Source: the human T2T-CHM13v2.0 reference genome, Homo sapiens | NCBI RefSeq assembly: GCF_009914755.1 | Contig: NC_060930.1 | Strand: one strand, 5' to 3' | DNA length: 64,000 nt | Part shown: positions 14,262 to 30,000 of the stretch, one piece after another | How the letters are laid out: every line of letters starts with the position of its first letter | Position numbering within the stretch: position 1 is the stretch's first letter | Notes under the pieces: generated by a model | Told to the model about the DNA's origin: nothing | The model's database searches: none | The model's input: only the letters and a program-made list of their open reading frames with translations | Program-made: the position numbers and the translations under genes

Positions 14262-15630
14262 TTAATTGAAAGCTGAAGGATAAGTAGGAGCCATTCACTT
14301 ATTTATTCAACAACTATCTACTGAATACCTACTATGTGCCAGGCACTATTGTAGTGGAGATACAGCATTAAACAACAGAAAACAATTTCTGTCTCCATGG
14401 AACTTACATTTTGATAAGGGTGAAGACAGTAGGAATGAGCCCCTATTATTTGTCTAGGTTTTCTATAGAAAGTCAAATTTCTACCTGTGCCACAGTGGTA
14501 GAGTAACTTGAGGTGATTCACTAGGGCCAAAGAGTTTGGTTCTAAGTGTCCTGATGATTTCTAGGAACGAGCCAACAAGGTAACATATGAGAAAAGTCTA
14601 TAAACACTATACATGTAGAGAATGTGTCCTATTCATTTTGTACTCCACCACCTAGTATAAGTAAATGGCATAGGAGCAGTACTCAATAAATGATGAGATG
14701 ATCACGATTTTCAAAATCACAGTCCATGTAAAGATGGCAAAATATCAGACACCATAAAGAATCAGTGCTGAAATACCATTACAAGCTAAGTATATTCCTT
14801 CTCTAAATTTAATCTGAAAAATCTAATCTGGAAAATTACACTGTACCTGAGCGTTTAACTATAAAAGTAAAAATAAAATTCTGTTCTAATCAGGAGTACT
14901 AATTAAGAACACCTAAGCATAATTAAAATCTATCTCTGAAGTACATTATAAGAGTGTCTGTACATACACAACACATAGCAGATTTACCTTATTAATTAGA
15001 TTAGTTTGGTTTAAATATGGACAGTCAAGAACAAAGGACCACACCTAGCTGCCAATATTTGAGTATACATTAACTAGCAACTGGAGGAAGAGATGTTTCA
15101 GACTTGAGACGCAGACAGAAAAACCCAAAAGTTTTATGTAATACTGTATCCTCTTACAGTACTAGCTCATTAAAACACTATTACATAAATTGTTTCCCAA
15201 AGTCCATTATATGCCTAAGAGAAAAACTGTACAAGAATAGCATTTGAGTCTGTGTAGAAAGAATAAAAAATCTCGGCCATCTTAAATCCCCATCTTAAAT
15301 TCCATAAAAATATGGAAGGAAGAAAAGGCCAATAAACTCAGATCTACTATTAACTAGCTGTGGAATCTCTGGCCCTCACTCAGTTTTTCCATCTATACTT
15401 TTCGGGGGTTAGACTAGAATCATATCTAAGGTTTATTCCAACTCTGTTATTTTGTATTTATTCATTAAAAAGTAATTTATAAATATATGTTTTACTTTTG
15501 GGGAAAATGAGGTTTGCTATGTGGAAGGAAAAACAATTTCCAAGGGATAGAAAGTTATCTTAACAATACAGAGTTCACTTTCCATTGCAACCCTCTGGCA
15601 AAATATGAATTCTGAGCTTTACCCACTTAC

Positions 15631-16763
<1,133 letters not shown>

Positions 16764-17018
16764 CCGATACCTAATCATCCAATCAAGATCCTAAGAATTT
16801 CTCTCAAGCTTGGAATTCCATTGACTTCCTCCATTTTGTACTTAGGGGGTCTCACAACATTCTTTCCTTTTCCTTTTCTTTATTTATCATCCAGTTGGAT
16901 AACAATGTTCTAATCTAAAATAAAATTTAACATTTTATATCATTCTGAAAATACATTCAGAAATTTAGAAAACATAAAGTAAAACATCTGGTTTCTCGAT
17001 TTTGTAATAAAATTATAA

Positions 17019-17466
17019 GGCCAGGCACAGTGGCTCACACCTGTAATCCCAGCACTTTGGGAGGCTGAGGCAGGCAGATCACGAGGTCAGGAGTTTGAGA
17101 CCAGCCTGGCCAACATGGTGAAACCCTGTTTCTACTAAAAAAAAAAAAAAAAAATACAAAAATTGGCCAGGCGCAGTGGCTCATGCCTGTAATCCCAGCA
17201 CTTTGGGAGGCCGAGGTGGGTGGATCACGAGGTTAGGAGATCCAGACCATCCTGGCTAACACGGTGAAACCCCATCTCTACTAAAAATCCAAAAATTAAC
17301 CGGGCGTGGTGGCGGGCGCCTGTAGTCCCAGCTACTCAGGAGGCTGAGACAGGAGAATGGCGTGAACCCCAGGAGGCAGAGCTTGCAGTGAGCCGAGTTT
17401 GCGCCACTGCACTCCAGCCTGGGCGACTCCGTCTTTTTTTGAGACTCCGTCAAAAAAAAAAAAAAA
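17019..17466 (+). mobile_element. Alu left monomer followed by an AluY with a rearranged 3' end
   Basis: AluY starts at 17165 in the A-rich linker of the first Alu; the host right monomer and the second TSD are missing. Confidence 0.85.
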
Positions 17467-17720
17467 GAACCTCCAGAACAATGCTGAACACAATTGGGAA
17501 TAGCAGATATCTTGACTTGTTCTAAATATTATATAGGGAAAGCATTCAGTCTTTCAGCATTAACTATGATTTCAGCTATTGGTTTTTCACAGATACCCTT
17601 TATCATATTGAGAAGTTCCCTTATTTTCCTAGTTTGCTGAGTTTTCATCAGCAAGGCATGTTAAACTTTGTTAAATGTTTTTTCTGCATCTATTGAGCTG
17701 ATCATATGCTTTCTCTTGCT
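17467..17720 (-). mobile_element. Old L1 ORF2 fragment
   Basis: gggaaagcattcagtctttca...ttttctgcatctattgag is antisense L1M RT-region sequence; begins abruptly after an AluY tail. Confidence 0.75.
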
Positions 17721-18205
17721 AATGTGGCTTTGTACAGTGCCTGTTACATGGTATACTTTCAACATTAGTAGTAGTAGATGTTGTAATTATCATTTAGTTT
17801 TTGTTACTTTCTCTTTTTTATTTATTTATTTTTTTAATAGAGACAAGGTCTTGCTATGTTGCCCAGGCTGATCTCAAATTCTTGGGCTCAAGTGATCTTC
17901 CTGCCTCAGTCTTCCAAGTTGCTGAGATTTACATGCAAAAGCCACTGTGGCTGGCTAGTTTGTATTATTTTCTTAAGAAGATTTTCAGAAGTGGTATGAC
18001 CTTGTCAAAAACCATGAGCATTTATTTACGTGTCTTTTTTTTTTTTTTGAGACAGAGTTTTGCTCTGTTGCTCAGGCTGGAGTACAGTGGCACAGTCATG
18101 GCTCACTACAGCCTCAACCTGCCAGGCTCAAATAGTCCTCCCACCTCAGCCTTCTGAGTAGCTGGGATTAGAGACATGCACAACCACACCCAGCTAATTT
18201 TTTAA

Positions 18206-18400
<195 letters not shown>

Positions 18401-21026
18401 TAGTAAGTATATATAAATATATAAGAGAACAAGGATTACCTAGCTATCATAATTACAGTAAATTTGTTTTGTTAATAGGAACTCATTTTAATTGTGCATT
18501 CATTTTTGCTGCTTTTGGCCCTTAGTTGTTTGAAAGCCAATAGTTTTCTAATTATACTATGAATCCTACACACCATGAATACCTACTGAATATGAAATGT
18601 CTGTAAGACCCTGTTCTAGGAGCTACAAAGAAAACTGAAATAAGTTAGCCCAAGGATTTTTTGTGAAGGCAAAGAAACATTTTAATTCCAAATAATTATT
18701 ATTAGGTAGAAGAGAGCTACAAAGTGTTTCTGAGGGTCCCAAGGAGGCAGAAGATGGCAGTGTCTGAGCTGGATAGGCATACTTTCAACCGGCAAGGGTG
18801 TGGCAAGAGTAAAATCAAGGCTGGTAAAAGAACACAGCACGTTTCAAGCCTAAGCAGCTTAAGTGCAAAGTGGCTCCGGGTGGAAATGATGAGAGAGCAA
18901 GAGCACAAAGAGGACCCTCTAAAACAGAGCCAGTGACCATGTGAGCTGAGGGGGAGGGCTTCTCACAGGGCAAACGGTACAGAAAGACGCGAAGACACAA
19001 AGCATCATGACCCATCCAGGGAGCTGCATGTGATCCCACTTGGCTAAAGTGAAGGGTACATGTGGGAAAGAAGCAGATGATGCTAAATAAACAGGCAGAG
19101 GCCTGACTGTGAAGGACCTTGTGTGCCAAAGTAAAGTACGTGAACATTATTCCAAAGGCAACAGGGAACTGAGGCATTTTTAAGAAAAGAAATGACAAGC
19201 AGACTAGCTTTAAGAAAAAATTACTCTGGCACTCCAATGGTTTCCCATCTCACACAGGATAAAATCCAAAGTCCTTCTTATGCTTAATACCCTATACATG
19301 CTGATCACTCGCTATCTCTGAAATTATTTCTCCTTTTCCCTCACTCACTGCTCTGGCTACAGTGGCCTTCTTGCTGCCCCCTCCCATGTGCCCTTTCCTC
19401 AGTGCCTTTGCACTTGCTATCCCCACTACCTGGAACTCTTCCCTGGTTAGCTGCATAGCTCACTCCCTCACTCGCTTCAGGTCTGCCTTCATGTTCAAAC
19501 CTTTTCTTATCAGAGTTGTTTTACTGTTACCGGAAATAAAAGAGCAAAAATCGACTATAATCAGCCCCACTATGTTTTCCTCCAGTGTATTTATAGTATT
19601 TGTATACTGCCTGTCTCTCCTTACTAGAATGTAAGCTCTATGATGGATCTCTTCAATAACCGTGTGACATTGAGATTGTTACTACTGACACGTCCAGACA
19701 GCAAATCTAATGGACGAGCTAAGTAATCTATCCAAGGATATACTTCTAGTGAACAGTGGAACCAGGGAGACTGACTCTGGAGCCTGCACTCTAACTATTT
19801 TACATACTGACTCCCCAGAAGTGTCACAGGTCTCTGACTCTGATTCTAAAGCATTTCCTGTGAACAGGCTCCATGCTGACAAGCACTAAGCCAGCAAAAA
19901 TTCTGAATTCACAGTATGTTCTTCTAAAAAGATGGTGATTCTTACAATTTGTATTAGCCAAGTTTTAAAAGCCAGGGAATATTTTTTAAATAATCAATTA
20001 AAATGTACAAAGTATCTGGACTTTTACCTATCCAAAAATTAGCTGTTTTTTTTTTAGACCCACAGATATTCAAACAAGATGAAAGATTTTATGAACTAAA
20101 AGGAACACAGCATATGACACCAAAAACTACCCAAGACCCTTTTTCCGTTACCATATTCAATTTCAGGAATAAAACTCAACATCTTTAAAATAATCATCAA
20201 ATTTTCTGACATGCCACTCCCGGAGGAAGAACAATGTGGTATCTACAGGAAAACATCCAGCAAATACAGTATCTCATGCACAGTAAAAGAATGAAAGGTA
20301 GGCTGCAGTAACATTTGTCTTTATTCTTTCCCCACTCCTGAAATTATTAAATTTCCTCTCTGCCTGGGCATTCTTTCATCCCATCTCCCATTACTATCAG
20401 TATCCTCTCCTTAAAATGCAGTTGTCAATCAACAGTTGTCCCCATCAACCACTTCATACCAGAACTCATCCACTCTTAATTTCAACTATTACCTCTATTA
20501 GTATAACTCCCAAATCCTAATAGAGGTAGTAGCTGAAATTAAAAGTGGCATAATTTCTCCCTCTTTCCTTCTCCAATCTTTGATTTCTCTCACTTCAGGA
20601 CCCTTTTATTTCCTTATGTTTTTAAGGAAAATTAACTTTTTCAAAATTGGTCCCTTCTCCATTTATTTCATAATCTGTATTATCTGGCCATTCTCCTAGG
20701 TTTGCAACTTCAATATAATTTTTCTCCACTTAATCAATAGGACCGCCAACTATTCATTGTGTTTCTTATCTTACTTTCGACTCCATAGCTATCATCATAT
20801 TTTGAGTTTTCTTCCTCTCCTTTGTGAATTACTACAGTTCTCCAGAGGACCTGCCTACCTCCAGACGGCTCACTCACTCCCACTCATTCTGTATACACTG
20901 CTAGTGAAGCCTTTCTGACACAGCACACCCACCACATTACTCTCTAATTCATGGACCTTAAATAGTGTTCCAACACAACAAATCTAAACTTCTCAAACCA
21001 GCACTCAGGGTCTTCTCCTCCTTTAG

Positions 21027-21319
<293 letters not shown>

Positions 21320-21505
21320 TAGGCATGAGCCACCGTGCCTGGCCATAAATGTTTATCTTAAACATTCTAAAAAGATAAAAACCTAGAAACCCAACATTCT
21401 GATCTTCTTCATCTAAATCTGTACAATACACACTATGGGTCTGTAGAGGTCATAGTACACTATCTTCCACCTAACTTCAACAGATCACATCAGGCAATGG
21501 AACTA

Positions 21506-21848
21506 TGGACAGTCCCCAACTTATGGTTTGGGTTACGAGTTTCAACTTTATGATGGTGAGAAGGCGATACACATTCAGTAGAAACAGTACTCCAAGCACC
21601 CATACAACTATTCTGCTTTTTCACTTTCAGTTTTCAATAAATTATGTGAGACATTCAACACATTATAAAATAGGCATTCTATTAGATGGTTTTGCCCAAC
21701 TGTAGGCTAATTTAAGTGTTCTGAGCATGTGTAAGGTAGGCTATGATGTTCAGTAAGTTAGGTATATTAAATGCATTTTCAACTTGTGATATTTTCTATT
21801 TACAATGAGTTTATCAGGAGGTAAAACCACCATAAGCCAAGGAACATA
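21506..21848 (-). mobile_element. MER47A (Tigger5-derived MITE)
   Basis: ttttgcccaactgtaggctaa...gtgttctgagca...aaatgcattttcaactt matches the reverse complement of MER47A as I recall it. Confidence 0.75.
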
Positions 21849-22147
21849 TATATTACCTAATGTATCATCTTCTGAACATCTCAAGCTACTATGACAAGGA
21901 TTCATTTTCAGAAGTTTAATCCTTCTAATCCACAAAATTAAAGTGTGTACAGTTATCAGAAAAATAACACTTCATATCTTTAGTAAGAGTACAAATTTGT
22001 TGAATATTTTTAAGGGCGAATTTCCCAATATCTACTGAAAGTTTATGTGCAAATATCCTTTAGCCCAGCAATATCACTTCCAGGAAATAACCTGTAGATA
22101 TTCTCACAGAAGCAAGCAAAAATACATGCAGAAACACTACTATTATA

Positions 22148-22150
<3 letters not shown>

Positions 22151-22199
<49 letters not shown>
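22151..22199 (+). repeat. Pure A49 mononucleotide tract
   Basis: 49 uninterrupted A, not attached to an Alu. Confidence 0.95.
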
Positions 22200-22201
<2 letters not shown>

Positions 22202-22467
22202 AGGGGAGTGGATTTCCTTCATAGACTTCTATTATACATCTCTACAATGGAAAATTATATAATTAAAAATAAAGACACAGTTACAAACGAGTTGATATGG
22301 AAAGTTTAAGAATGCCATGAAGGGGAAAAAAAGCTATTTATAGAACAGAATATAATTATTCTATTTGTGTAAAGAAAATGTATATGAAGGCTGGGCACGG
22401 TGGCTCACGCCTGTAATCCCAGAACTTTGGGAAGCTGAGGCAGGCGGATCACGAGTTCAAGAGATCA

Positions 22468-22734
<267 letters not shown>

Positions 22735-22786
22735 CTAATTCTGGAGAATGGGGCTCAGGGGAAGAAACAATAAATTTTCACTTGTT

Positions 22787-22794
22787 TTGTGTGT

Positions 22795-22828
<34 letters not shown>
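22787..22828 (+). repeat. (TG)n microsatellite
   Basis: About 20 TG units with one TC interruption. Confidence 0.9.
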
Positions 22829-22831
<3 letters not shown>

Positions 22832-24048
22832 CATAGATGCATGCCTTTTAAAAAAATCAGTTTATTAAATTTACATTAATAAAGAAAACTGAGTATAGCA
22901 AAGGCTCTTAACCTTAGATGAATATAATTGATCTTGATTATCCACAGTACAAGAAATATGAGCTACTAAAAGTGCTTAATGAGAAACTCATCCATTCATT
23001 CAACTATTTATGGAACACTTACTAGGCGTCAAGCATTGTGCCTGATACTGACATAATGGTGAACAAGAAAGACCTAGTCCCTGCTCCCAAGGAACTTACA
23101 GAAAGGCCTTTTGGACTCCATTTTTCCTGTCTCCCCTGTAAGAACCACTCTGACTTACAAGTGTGTGCTCTCATTATGCCTATTACGCTTATGGCTCCCA
23201 TAAGACAAATATTAATTAATAGAATCATTATATCAACCAAAAAGAATCCTTAAAATGATTAACCCGTTTCCTCCATAATTAATATTTAAAGTTATTAGAA
23301 GCATAATCTGTGGAAAGAACAATTCAACAAGCACTCTTTCAAATAAACAAATAAGAAGTAACCTAGTTGGCTGGGTGCAGTGGCTCATGCCTATAATCCC
23401 AACACTTTGGGAGGCCGAGGCAGGTGGATCACCTGAGGTCAAGAGTTTGAGATCAGCCTGGCCAACATGGTGAAACCCCATCTCTATTAAAAATACAAAA
23501 ATCAGCCAGGCGTGGTGGCGGGTGCCTGTAATCCCAGCTACTCAGGAGGCTGAGGCAGAAGAATTCTCTATTAAAGATACAAAAATCAACTAGGCATGGT
23601 GGCGGGCGCCTGTAATCCCAGCTGCTCAGGAGGCTGAGGCAGAAGAATCACTTGAACTCAGGAAGCAGATGTTGCAGTGAGCTGCGATCCCGCCACTGCA
23701 CTCCAGCCTGGGTGACAGAGTGAGACTCTTTCGAAAAGAAAAAAAGTAACCTAAATGTTAAATGAAGTTTAAGGGAAATTAGCTAAGAACATTCAAAAAG
23801 GGAAAAAAATTATAGGAAATTTTTATTTTATTTTCTTCACTAATTTAATTTTTCTACAACGAGTGTGTAACACAATAAGAAAGTAAAAGTTATTATTCAA
23901 AAAGAATCCTCTATGGCAACAGCAGATCAGCCACTGCATAAAATCCAACTCTTCTTCCCACTATACCCAGCCCTTTACGGTCTGGCCTTGCTGAGACTCC
24001 TTGTGTGAGCCCAGAGCCCACTCCCCTTTATGCTGGAAACAGCATCCC

Positions 24049-24058
24049 GGGACTTTCC
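24049..24058 (+). promoter_or_regulatory. Candidate intronic NF-kB site
   Basis: Exact canonical kB decamer GGGACTTTCC in a locally GC-richer patch with no repeat I recognise. Confidence 0.4.
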
Positions 24059-24387
24059 TCTGGGAAGCCCTGCTTCTCCCTCTTAGGCTAGGCCCAGTGT
24101 CCATTTTTTGCCAGTCAGTGCTTTCTATCCCTTTGGCTACCACAACAGTTCAGGGGTAAACACACAACCCTAACAGACCAAAACCAAAATCAATCCTGAA
24201 AAGAGTCTAATTTTAATGAAACTATTAAATTGATTATAATTAAGTGACATGTAATACAGCTAAAAATCCTTTTAAAAACTTTGTAATAAATGGAATTTTC
24301 ACTTAATGTGGCCCCTAAATGTTCTGTGTGACTACAATTTCATATCATAAAACTGGAATGGAATAGTTATAAGTCACCTCTTTTGTT

Positions 24388-24490
24388 GTTTTTTTTCTTC
24401 TTTTTTTTGTATTATTATACTTTAAGTTTTAGGGTACATGTGTTTTGTTTTGTTTGTTATTATTATACTTTAAGTTTTAGGGTACATGTG
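24388..24490 (-). mobile_element. Extremely 5'-truncated L1PA insertion made of two tandem 33-nt L1 3' ends
   Basis: Two identical CACATGTACCCTAAAACTTAAAGTATAATAATA units, each with an A-rich tail; 17-bp TSD AAGTCACCTCTTTTGTT (24371-24387, 24491-24507). Confidence 0.9.
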
Positions 24491-26284
24491 AAGTCACCTC
24501 TTTTGTTAAAATGCACAACAATAAAACAACAAAATATAATGACACAATTTCCATTTCTAAGAAACTATCAGAACTTCATGATTGTCTTAAAGAATTAGAA
24601 TGTTAAATTCCTATCAATCACATCCTGTTAAAATACTAAGTATAGAAACAGTAAGAAAATGCAGCTCAACCAAGCATATACATTAGTCATATTTCCTCTG
24701 ATAATTTTTTTTTATAACTTCAAAACTAAAGACTCCTGTAGGAAGTATTTTATAAGGAACCTAAAATGAAACAATATCTAAGAAAACACTTGAGATGCAA
24801 TTAACTTTTCAAAAAAAGTTTGATCAATTAATCATTTTCTTCTCAACTCTAAGAAAGCTATAGACTGTATTAATAAATCACAGGAAAACAAAGTTAAATT
24901 CAGTGTATGAAAACAGAAGTTAACCATTAGAACTCCCTAAGACTGAAATAGGCTATCCTGTAAAACAGGGACCTCCTCTTCCTTGGAACTAAGCTAAAAC
25001 TAAAACTCTGGAATTCTCTGGAAATAAGACATCCTTGAGGAATTCAATTGATGTGCCAGCTGTTTTGTTTCTTGAAAGAATATAGCTGAATACATACAAT
25101 AATCTGTTGCCTTTTTTTCTAGCATTGCACAATATTCCTGGCCTACAATGCACATACTGTATCTATTATCATATTTAAGCATCTGATATGAATCCTTAAT
25201 ATTCATCTCTAATTAAATACATACATATTTCAGTTTTCAAAAGAGCATGGTTTTCAGTAAAGTATCATATATATGTTTTCCACAGTCTAAATACAATACA
25301 TTTCCTGAACTTTTAGCTTTCAGTTTCCTGTTCGTCAGTGGCTACAGCTCTAGAGGCAATACATAAACACACCCCAGCCATGGTATTTCCACTTTTGACA
25401 ACAGTGGACATGAACTTAATATGACCAATATAATTACAATGCATAGAATGGTACCTGATGGCTAAGACAGCAACAGAAGAAATTCAATAATTTTCAAAAT
25501 TAGAAATATAAATTATGTTCCATATGTAAGAATTCACATAACAAACCTCTTATAACTTATGACTCAGAAAAAGTTTCTCTCTTCTGAAAAATTGAAAAAG
25601 CTTTCTTTACTGGACAATAACTATAAAAGTCACCCTGTTTCCTTTTTTCTCTTGCTTGCCAGGAAGCTCAGAGCTAAATTTAATGTTCAAACACAGAAAC
25701 TATCTTGCCTCAGATTACTGGTATAAAGATTTCTTCCCATTCCCCCATTCTGCTCATTATTTCTCAAGTGATTTATGCTCATTTTCTGTCTTTGTTTTTA
25801 ATGGTCTTTGCCTGTTTTGCTTTAATCACAAACTATCAAATCCTTTTCAATGAATAGGTTAATATAAATTATAAATTAAAGAAAACTTAATGACCTTAGT
25901 TTGTATCTTCACATCACTGCATAACTTGTTAATGCAATTTATAAAAAATGAAGGTTCTAAAAGGTATCTTTGCTGTTTTAGAGTTAATTATTTCACATGA
26001 ATCATGATTCACGATTCACTTTTAGAAAAGCCAATGACAATTTTTTTAAATAAAAGAATGATAGAATGAAACAAGGATCAAAACTTAAAATTACTAAATT
26101 AGAGACACAGAATTAGGAGGATTCAAAATTTTTTAATGTTTTAAATTTACTAACAAAATTGGTCTGGCAAAGCTAGATAACTATCATAAAAAATTAACTT
26201 ACATAAAGTGTATTAAATTCTCAGTGGGCACGGTGGCTCATGCCTGTGATCCTAACACTTTGGGAGGCTGAGGCGGGTGGATCA

Positions 26285-26549
<265 letters not shown>

Positions 26550-26765
26550 CTATCTGTGTCATTAGCTGCAGAGTAGACAACAGGTATAAAAATATTGAAA
26601 TAGCCTAGGAATCTAAGAAAAAGGGAAAAAACTCAGTCACATATTTAAAAAATATAAATGCACACATACACATGAAAATATCTCATATATGGTAATACCA
26701 AAGTTTGTTAAATGGAGGTAAAAGCAAAGTATTAATGAAATTAATAAGCCAGGTGCAGTGGCTCA

Positions 26766-27083
<318 letters not shown>

Positions 27084-30000
27084 CTACAATCCAAACTGAC
27101 AAATCTAGCCAAAATCTTAAAAAATATATCATGAATTACAGAAAATCTAGAATATAGTCATATTAAAAATGGAAAAGTGAAATGAACACATTTTATAAAA
27201 GAAAAGACAGCCTATAAAGCGCCTAACATTATATTAAAAGGTCCCCACTTTTAGGAGACACAAATAAAATGAAAATAAAGGGAAGGAACAAGGTAGCCAA
27301 ATAGTATCTATAAAATGAAAGTGAAAAAGTCAATTATCCCTTTCTCTCTCAAGGTATCAGAATTGCAGGGTAAATACCTAAAGAAGTTAAATTACAAAAA
27401 ACTTCATATTCTAAGAATGAAGTTAACAGCAAAATTTATTACTATGTAAATTTAAAAGGCTAGCAACCACCCATAAATACAGTTTTAACATATTTTTTTC
27501 AAACAGCAATAAAATAATTCAACATAAGAAAACATTTAAAAAATAGAAACAGAAGTTCCAACACAATATATGAAGGGGCTAAGAGAAACCTACACACACA
27601 AACTCAGCCCTCAAAAGAACCCTAAAATCTAATTTAGAAGAATTTTTTTTTTTTTTGAGACGGAGTCTCACTCTGTCGTCCAGGCTGGAGTGCAGTGGCG
27701 CGATCTCGGCTCACTGCAAGCTCCGCCTCCCGGGTTCACACCATTTTCCTGCCTCAGCCTCCCCAGCATCTGGGACTACAGGCTTCCGCCACCACGCCCA
27801 GCTAATTTTTTGTATTTTTAGTAGAGACTGGGTTTCATTGTGTTAGCCAGGATGGTCTCGATCTCCTGACCTCATGATCCGCCCACCTCGGCCTCCCAAA
27901 GTGCTGGGATTACAGGCGTGAGCGACCGTGACCGGCCACTATCTTCTCGCTTAATAGCATAATTAGAAGATAAAATTTGTTATAAAGGGTAATCATCCAA
28001 ATACAAAACAAGTTACAGATCAGAAAAGGGGGGAAAAAATCCCCTTTTACCTTCAGAAAAATGAAGACAAGAAAAAGAAACCAAACCATGAGAAATATAA
28101 ATAATCTGATACAAAGTATTGAGGACATGGAAAAAAGTTTTGTATAGGCATTTGTGAATTATACAATTCAACTTCAGTGTTTAAAAATAATAAAGAAAAA
28201 TTAATATTTCAGTAAAAATCAATCTAGTCCAGAAGCTTGCTTTTTTTTTTTTTTAAAGAAATAATGTGGCAGATTGCAGAGGTCTACGACATCTTTATGC
28301 ATCCCAGGCCACTTTTTACCTCTCTAATCATGGGAAAGAATACACAACATGAAAAGCTTACCATTTGCAAAATGATTTCTTGATTATGCTTATGGCGACT
28401 AAAAAGTATTTGTGGCTGGAGGCGGTGGCTCACGCCTGTAATCCCAGCATTTTGGGAGGCTGAGGCGGGCGGATCACAAGGTCAGGAGATTGAGACCATT
28501 CTGGCTAACACGGTGAAAACTTGTCTCTACTAAAAAAAAAAAATACAAAAAATTAGCTGGCGTAGTGGCAGGCGCCTGTAGCCCAAGCTAGTCGGGGGGC
28601 TGAGGCAGGAGAATGGCGTGAACCTGAGAGGCGGAGCTTGCAGTGAGCCGAGATCGCGCCACTGCACTCCAGCCTGGGCAACAGAGAGAGACTCCGTCTC
28701 AAAAAAAAAAAAGAAAAAAAGTACTTGTACATTATGCAAATGTTCAAAATGCAGAGAGGGCAAATGTATTTAAACATACGTTTCCAGGGAAGAAAAGGAA
28801 GTGATGTGATAGTGAATTGGTGATTGGGAATTAACATTATATAAGAGAAAAAATTACCAGCCCTGTAAAAAGGGAAGAGAATATTTATTGAGCAACTGGT
28901 ATGGCCAGACGCTAAGCTTAGGGCTTTATACCTTCTATCACATTACATCTAGGTAGAAAAACAATGTAGAAGAAAATGCTTGAATACATAACATACCATT
29001 ATGTGTTGTGTGTGGCATATATTAAAATCTAAGAGATTGGCTGGGTGCCGTGGCTCCTGCCTGTAATCCCAGCACTTTGGGAGGCCAGGGCAGGCAGATC
29101 ACTTGAGGCCAGGAGTTCAAGACCAGCCTAGGCAACAGAGTGAGACCCCATCTCTACAGAAAATTTAAAAATTAGCCAGGTGCGGTGGTGTGCACCTTTA
29201 GTCCCAACTACTTGGGAGGCTGAGGTGGGAAGAACGCTTGAGCCTGGGAAGGAGCTTTGAGAGTGCCACTGCACTCCAGCCTGGGCAACAGAGCAAGACC
29301 CTGTCTCAAAAGAAAAAAAAAGAAGAAAACAGAAACAAAAAGTCCATTCTTTTGAGAATACTATTTATGTTTATAATACTATTATATTTATAATTTACAA
29401 CTCTAAAAATGAAAGCAAGAAACCCTCTTCTCAAAGCAGATTTTGGAGACTTGGTTTTAAGTATTAAGAATAGTGAGGCTCATCTGAGAAATACAATCAT
29501 GGGCTTATTAATAAGGTTGAATTATTATCATATAGTTCCTGGTAATAAAACTATTTTTTGTCTTGGTGCTTAATAGTAATAACAGAAAATTTATTTATTG
29601 TACTACTATAATTCCCACCCAGATAGCTGAGAATCACACTGAGATGAGAGTATAAAACAGCCTTCATCTAGTCCTGAAAGGGGCAGCCCTGCTCATTCGG
29701 TAGCTGTGGATCTTGAGCATATGCCTCTACTTCCTCTGAACCTCAATTTCCTCATCTGTAAAACAAGATGGCTGGACTAGAGGATGGTTCCCTTCCTTCT
29801 TCCCTTTCTCCCTCTCTCTGGTCCTTTCCACCTTATGGCTTGATGATTTAGGATCTAGACTGGGGTTTTGAGGACAGAGAGGAAACACTAGCAGAAACCC
29901 ACTAAACTTTGGAGAAAAGGAGTGAGGATTATGTAAACAACTAGAATACAGAGAAAAAGAGAAAGCCAAAAACATTTACAAAAATAAATGAGCAAATAAA

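Noticed and set aside
18815-19237. 140-aa ATG-initiated ORF on the FKBP5 strand
   Set aside because: Lies in decayed L2-like sequence; no recognisable domain, promoter or splice support.
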